A stretch of 64,000 nucleotides of DNA from the NCBI GenBank assembly GCA_036170915.1, contig JAVHQC010000006.1, positions 32,001 to 96,000 of the forward strand. The letters run 5' to 3'. The notes beneath the pieces were generated by a model. It saw only the letters and a list, made by a program, of their open reading frames with translations, searched no databases and was not told the origin of the DNA. Both the position numbers and the translations under genes were made by a program. Below are positions 59,012-64,000 of the stretch, one piece after another. This DNA is from Cyanobacteria bacterium auto_48_18 (GTDB lineage Bacteria; Cyanobacteriota; Vampirovibrionia; Obscuribacterales; Obscuribacteraceae). The first letter of the stretch is position 1, and each line of letters opens with the position of its first letter.

Positions 59012-59931
59012 GTAGAAGCCTTTTTGATTTTCGCTTTATTTCTGACCTTTAGTGTGGCGTTTTCTTGTAGTCCTTGCAAGCACAAAAGGCTAACGTCACC
59101 GCGTCTACTCGGATACTTTCTGATCAACTCTAAAGCTGTATTATATTCCAGATTTGATTTGTCATAATCGTATTTCTTAGCAAAACAACGACCTAACTCA
59201 TAGTGGCAGCGTGACCACGACCAGCGAAGGTCAGGCGCGTTCTTTGATAATTGCAGTATTTGCTTGGCTTGCTTTTCTGATTTGTCAAATTCATTAGTAG
59301 TGCCATATAGTGATGTCAAAACTAGTTGATCATTAATCAACTGATCAGTTTTAAATCGTGAGAAATTCTTCTCTATTTCGATAGCAGATTTTATGTAACT
59401 GATGGCGCTGCGGTCATCACCATGGTTGTGAGCATAAATAGCTAAATCGCGATATGAAATGTATACCCTCGGATGATGAGGATCAATGCGTTTACGTAGC
59501 TGCAGCGCGTGTATGAGGCACTCTTTCGTGTTTTGTTTGAGCGCTAAATTGCGATAAGAGTCAGCAAATTCGTCCATTTCCACTAGCAGCTCTCGATCTT
59601 CCTTAAGGCGGCTAGCAGCAAGTTTCACAACTTCTTTAAAGGTGTGTTCAGCCTTGTCCATCTGACCAGTGTCTAAGAGAATACAAGCAATGCGGATGCG
59701 AGAGCGAAGTATAAATGGGCTGTGCGGATCCTGCCGCATTTTTTCAGCAATAAGTTGTTCATAGAGAGCAATGGCTTTTTTCGGCAACTGCTGGTTTTTT
59801 GCTGAATTCGCCTCAAGAAACAAAAGTGGCTGTCTATCGCCGTCGCTTGCACTTGAAGCGATAGCAGAATTAATTAGCACCAGCATTATTGAAAGAGCTT
59901 TGGCGAGAGTCGACGCAAGATAAATTCTCAT
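58939..59931 (-). CDS. Exported TPR-like protein
   Basis: Signal peptide; helical repeats. Confidence 0.75.
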   Translation of the reverse strand: MRIYLASTLAKALSIMLVLINSAIASSASDGDRQPLLFLEANSAKNQQLPKKAIALYEQLIAEKMRQDPHSPFILRSRIRIACILLDTGQMDKAEHTFKEVVKLAASRLKEDRELLVEMDEFADSYRNLALKQNTKECLIHALQLRKRIDPHHPRVYISYRDLAIYAHNHGDDRSAISYIKSAIEIEKNFSRFKTDQLINDQLVLTSLYGTTNEFDKSEKQAKQILQLSKNAPDLRWSWSRCHYELGRCFAKKYDYDKSNLEYNTALELIRKYPSRRGDVSLLCLQGLQENATLKVRNKAKIKKASTHSCRNAAISAGVGKSITAPSRKG

Positions 59932-59943
59932 GGCAGCCTCAGC

Positions 59944-60810
59944 TCACTTGTGACGTACGCTGGACTCCTGATTGTTTTTACCCATTTTTTTAAAACATAA
60001 TTCGCGTTGTTGTAAGCAATGTTTGTAGCAGTCGGTACCTTTTAATATCGCTGTGTTGTAGTCAGAGCCTGCTTCTTTGTAACGACCAAGAGCAAAATAG
60101 CGGTCAGCTCTGCCAACATAAGCTTCGAATTCGTCAGGATAAAATTTTATCAGTGAGCTGTAATCGACAATTGCCTTTTGTGAATCACCGAGCTGCGTGT
60201 ATAGTTTGGCTCGATGCAAAAGATTTTCCTCATCGCTTGGATTATCTTTGAGCATGCTTGAATAATCATCCAATGCTCCCTTCAGATTTCCCATCGAAGC
60301 GTGGCATTTAGCCCGCAGTACGCGGCCTCCGTCATATTGAGGATCCATCGTCAAAATTTTATTCAGGTCAGCGATTGCTTCCTTATATTTGAATAGACTT
60401 ACATATGTAAATGCGCGACGATAGAGCAGATCTTTGTCTTTAGCATCTACTTTTAAAGCTTGATTATTTATGGCCAGTGCACTGGCATAATCTTCATCGT
60501 ACATGTAGCACGAGCCCAGAGTGTACATGGCGCCCGTGCACTTAGGATCCAGAGCTACTGCTTCTTTCAGTAAGGCAATGGCGTTACCGAAATCGCCGTT
60601 TTCACTTGCGATTAAACCAGAGATGTATTTGTCGCAAGCTTTCATATTTCTTTTGGGGTTGCTCTGGTAGCTTTTAAAATGCAGTCTATCAGTGCTCGTT
60701 TTTGCGATAACGCCAGAGCCTGAAACAAGTGCAACTAAAGTCGTCAGAGTAATTGCGACCAGTCTGATTATGAAATAGTTAGTTAATAGTCTAGAGATGC
60801 CGATGTACAT
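59944..60810 (-). CDS. Exported TPR protein
   Basis: AIADL, ALDDYS, AIVDYS repeats. Confidence 0.85.
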   Translation of the reverse strand: MYIGISRLLTNYFIIRLVAITLTTLVALVSGSGVIAKTSTDRLHFKSYQSNPKRNMKACDKYISGLIASENGDFGNAIALLKEAVALDPKCTGAMYTLGSCYMYDEDYASALAINNQALKVDAKDKDLLYRRAFTYVSLFKYKEAIADLNKILTMDPQYDGGRVLRAKCHASMGNLKGALDDYSSMLKDNPSDEENLLHRAKLYTQLGDSQKAIVDYSSLIKFYPDEFEAYVGRADRYFALGRYKEAGSDYNTAILKGTDCYKHCLQQRELCFKKMGKNNQESSVRHK

Positions 60811-60817
60811 TCTCCAA

Positions 60818-61759
60818 TTAAAGCGAGCTGACCATCAATGCTTCTAATTCTTTGAGAGTCGGCAAAGACGGCACTGCTCCTGCTTTCGTGCAAGCGAGTG
60901 AGCCGGCGGCACAGCCAAATTTAGCGGCGTCTACAAGACCGTCACCTGCTGCCAGGCGCATGGCCAGAGCACCACAGAAGGCATCACCCGCAGCGGTTGA
61001 ATCAATCACTGTAACTTTAAAAGCATCAACAAAGTGCGGTTTGTCTGGTTGGCTGCTTTCTAATATCAGCGCACCTCTTTCACCTAAAGTAAGAATTACA
61101 TTTTTTACGCCCATAGTAAGCAGTTTGCGAGCACACTGGTGTGCCAGCTCATTTGTAGATGGATTAATTCCTGTCAGCAAGTCTGCTTCGCTTTCGTTAG
61201 GCACCAGAATATCTATATATTGGAAGAGCTCAGCTGGCAGATCGGCAGGCGCGGCTGCAGGGGCCGGATTGAGTATTACAGTGATGCCTTTGGTGTGTGC
61301 CATTTTTGCAGCAGCTAAAACTGTGTCGATCTGAATTTCAAGCTGTAGCAGCAATACTTTTGATTTTTCCATCAAGTGGCTTTTCAATTCTAGATCTTGG
61401 GGGCGCAAAGCATTATTTGCGTTTGGCACAATGACGATACTATTTTCGCCTGACTGACCCACCCAGATATTGGCAATTCCGGTGGTCTCATTTTTGTCGG
61501 CGAACATGCCTTCGATGCTCACCTTGTTCTCCGCCAGTGTGTCCAACAATATTTGACCGTAAGAATCGCCGCCCACTTTTCCGATCATTGTCACTTTGGC
61601 ACCGGCGCGGGCTGCTGCCAGGGCCTGGTTATTGCCTTTGCCGCCCGGAAATGTGTCGAAGGTCGTGCCTTTTAGAGTCTCGCCGCGCGCAGGCAGGCGT
61701 GGAACTCGAATGACGATATCCATGCTCAGGCTGCCGACGACAGTTACCTCTGAATTCAT
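60818..61759 (-). CDS. rbsK: Ribokinase
   Basis: PGGKGNNQA, QLEI, NPAP, PNESE, DSTAAGDAF; start at ATG 61759 after GGAGG. Confidence 0.95.
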   Translation of the reverse strand: MNSEVTVVGSLSMDIVIRVPRLPARGETLKGTTFDTFPGGKGNNQALAAARAGAKVTMIGKVGGDSYGQILLDTLAENKVSIEGMFADKNETTGIANIWVGQSGENSIVIVPNANNALRPQDLELKSHLMEKSKVLLLQLEIQIDTVLAAAKMAHTKGITVILNPAPAAAPADLPAELFQYIDILVPNESEADLLTGINPSTNELAHQCARKLLTMGVKNVILTLGERGALILESSQPDKPHFVDAFKVTVIDSTAAGDAFCGALAMRLAAGDGLVDAAKFGCAAGSLACTKAGAVPSLPTLKELEALMVSSL

Positions 61760-61874
61760 ACATCCTCCATTAGTGTGGCTAGCGTTATCTCCAGCACTGC
61801 AAGGTTGCCATTTGAGCAATTTATATTAGCAGAAGGTGCTGCTAGACTGTCAGTGCTACTGAGGAATCAAAGAC

Positions 61875-62867
61875 ATGTCGCAGATTATTCGTTTTCATCA
61901 GACCGGTGCTGCCGACGTGCTTAAGTTTGAAGATATGGCGGAGCCGGAACCGATGGCCGGTGAAGTGCTCATTCAAGTTCACGCTCTCGGGTTAAATCGC
62001 GCTGAAGTGCTATTGCGTCAGGGGCGCTATCTGGAAAAACCAGTTTTGCCCTCCCGCATTGGCTATGAGGCTAGCGGAATAATTGTCGCCCTAGGAGAGG
62101 GTGTGCAGGGCTTTAGTGTGGGCGATAGAGTCAGTACGATACCCTGCTTTTCGCAGACAAAGTATGGCGTTTACGGAGAGTGGGCGCTGGTGCCAGCTCG
62201 TTGCCTGGCAAAGTATCCTGAGAACCTTAGCGATGAGCAGGCCACTTCAATCTGGATGCAATACCTCACCGCATATGGTGCCTTGATTGAGCTTGGTCAA
62301 CTAAAAGAAAATCAGTATGTGCTCATTACTGCGGCTTCGAGTTCTGTGGGTTTTGCCGCCATTCAAATTGCGCGCCAGCAAGGCGCGAAAATCATCGCCA
62401 CTACGCGCGGTATTGCCAAAAAACAGACTCTGCTCGATGCTGGTGCTGATTTTGTTGTTGTCACTGACCAAGATAGTCTCGTAGACGAAGTGATGTTGGC
62501 CACCGGCGGCAAGGGCGCCGACATAATTTTCGACGCAGTGGCAGGTCCACTACTGCTACAGTTGGCGAAAGCGGCTGCCTATGAGGCTCGCATTTTTATA
62601 TATGGCGCACTGAGCCTTGAAACGACACCTTTTCCTTTGCAGATTGCATTGAAAAAAGGCCTTACTGTGCAAGGCTATACGATGTTTCAGGTGACTGATG
62701 ACAATGAACGTTTTTCGAGAGGAAAACAATACATCTATAGTGGTTTAAAAGAAGGTTCACTCGCACCAGTGATCGACAAGGTTTTTTCTTTTAAGCAGAT
62801 AGTTGCAGCTCACGAGTACATGGAATCAAATGAACAGCGCGGCAAAATAGTCGTTAAAGTTCGGTGA
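61875..62867 (+). CDS. MDR-family NADPH:quinone oxidoreductase-like protein
   Basis: GLNRAE, GYEASG, TAASSSVG, GKIVV. Confidence 0.9.
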   Translation: MSQIIRFHQTGAADVLKFEDMAEPEPMAGEVLIQVHALGLNRAEVLLRQGRYLEKPVLPSRIGYEASGIIVALGEGVQGFSVGDRVSTIPCFSQTKYGVYGEWALVPARCLAKYPENLSDEQATSIWMQYLTAYGALIELGQLKENQYVLITAASSSVGFAAIQIARQQGAKIIATTRGIAKKQTLLDAGADFVVVTDQDSLVDEVMLATGGKGADIIFDAVAGPLLLQLAKAAAYEARIFIYGALSLETTPFPLQIALKKGLTVQGYTMFQVTDDNERFSRGKQYIYSGLKEGSLAPVIDKVFSFKQIVAAHEYMESNEQRGKIVVKVR

Positions 62868-62973
62868 CTTCAGTGGGCCAGCGCTTTTCCAGCATGTGAT
62901 CGATCAAACTGCCTAGTTTGAACGACATGGCATAAAGCACGGGTATTGAGAACAAACACATAATTTCTTCCAT
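62854..62973 (-). CDS. Small protein (39 aa)
   Basis: MEEIMCLFSIPVLYAMSFKLGSLIDHMLEKRWPTEVTEL; has its own near-consensus promoter. Confidence 0.5.
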   Translation of the reverse strand: MEEIMCLFSIPVLYAMSFKLGSLIDHMLEKRWPTEVTEL

Positions 62974-63032
62974 GGCGGACCTACGGGGGAATGGATGAGC
63001 GCCCTTTATGATTTCCTTATATTTCTACTTGA

Positions 63033-63061
63033 ATAGTAAATCCGCTACCTAGTCATGTCAA
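63033..63061 (-). promoter_or_regulatory. Sigma70-type promoter
   Basis: TTGACA (63061-63056), 17 nt, TACTAT (63038-63033). Confidence 0.75.
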
Positions 63062-63086
63062 ATGTTATTTCTGTTATATACAGCGG

Positions 63087-63106
63087 AGAATACGAAAGCG
63101 TATTCT
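63087..63106. terminator. Hairpin downstream of the fadJ-like gene
   Basis: AGAATACG-AAAG-CGTATTCT. Confidence 0.5.
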
Positions 63107-63142
63107 TTCGGGGACAGAATGTGAAAAGCAGGTTAGTCCGAC

Positions 63143-64000
63143 TTATTCCGCGCCCGATGAATAGAATCTTCTTCCTGTCTGACTCATAGACGTGAGCAGA
63201 TTAGAAATTTCTCGTTTTGGCTTTGTGGTGCCGTAAATTTTGCCGAGGGTCTCAACCAGTTGTGGAATGCCATAGCTGTCGGCATAGCGAAGTACGCCGC
63301 CTCTAAATGCGGGGAAGCCTGTTCCCACCACTAGAGCCAGATCGAGCTCACGCGGTTTACGCACAACTTTTTCTTCTAGACAGCGTGCGGCCTCATCGAC
63401 CATCACCAGTATCAGTCTGTTTTGAATCTCGCTTATTTGCTCAGGGCTTGCTTTTTTATCGCTAGTCTTCATTTTTGAAATAGCTGAAAATTCAGCATTG
63501 ATTTCGAGTTTTTTGCCGCTTGCATCCCAGTGATAGCAGCCTGCACCATCAGCCTTGCCTTTGAAGCCGGCTGCAGATGTTATCTGCATAACTTCAGGCG
63601 GAGTGAATCTTTCGCCAAAAGCAGCATGCAGTTTCTTCGCCACTGAAATGCATAAAGGCAAACCGAGCTCATCCACAAGAGTAAATGGTCCCATGGGCAA
63701 ACCAAACTGCAGAGCTGCATCTTCAATCCAAGTAAACGGATAGCCTTCGTCGAGCATTCGCGAGGCTTCCATCAGATGGGTAGTGAGCAGACGGTTAACA
63801 AGAAAACCAACTGAGTCTTTTACACTGATTGGCACTTTGCCCAATTTTGTCAGTAGCCCAATCGCACGGGCATTGGTCACAGCATTAGTGCTGGGGTGGC
63901 TTATCACTTCGACCAGGGGCATTTTGTCTACCGGATAAAAGAAATGCAAACCAACAAAGCGCTCAGGTTTTTTCAATTCTTGGCCGAGCTCAATTAGCTC
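63143..64000 (-). CDS. 3-hydroxyacyl-CoA dehydrogenase / fatty-acid oxidation complex alpha subunit (3' part, runs off the window)
   Basis: GLHFFYPVDKMPLVEV, GFLVNR, PMGPF, GTGFPAFRGG (FadJ/FadB-like). Confidence 0.92.
   Translation of the reverse strand, partial: ELIELGQELKKPERFVGLHFFYPVDKMPLVEVISHPSTNAVTNARAIGLLTKLGKVPISVKDSVGFLVNRLLTTHLMEASRMLDEGYPFTWIEDAALQFGLPMGPFTLVDELGLPLCISVAKKLHAAFGERFTPPEVMQITSAAGFKGKADGAGCYHWDASGKKLEINAEFSAISKMKTSDKKASPEQISEIQNRLILVMVDEAARCLEEKVVRKPRELDLALVVGTGFPAFRGGVLRYADSYGIPQLVETLGKIYGTTKPKREISNLLTSMSQTGRRFYSSGAE

Overview
Bacterial chromosomal window with about 55 CDSs and no rRNA, tRNA, CRISPR array or intact mobile element that I can support. The gene style (many TPR proteins, three Hanks-type Ser/Thr kinases, orphan Tad genes, cyanobacteria-like CtpA, no photosynthesis genes) suggests a non-photosynthetic cyanobacterial relative (Vampirovibrionia/Obscuribacterales); this is inference only. 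Recognisable genes include hpt, cpaB, mtnP, ctpA, ppdK with its regulatory kinase, nadC, MoxR-DUF58-transglutaminase, a GS-like/amidohydrolase pair, ppk1, rtcB, rbsK and a partial fadJ/fadB. Four things stand out. (1) 49.1-53.2 kb: a candidate blue-light circuit of TIGR01777, a LOV histidine kinase and a sigma70-family factor with an altered -35 recognition helix, plus a divergent OmpR regulator and two matching direct-repeat promoter boxes. (2) A ~680-nt hairpin-dense leader with two small ORFs in front of rtcB, under a near-consensus promoter carrying an inverted repeat. (3) An IS1595-transposase-derived protein whose catalytic core appears replaced by a DprA-like winged helix, followed by three phased palindromes. 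(4) An annexin-repeat/esterase fusion beside a lysozyme-like protein and an LRR kinase; the last two share a 20-bp upstream motif. All family calls come from reading motifs, not from database searches.
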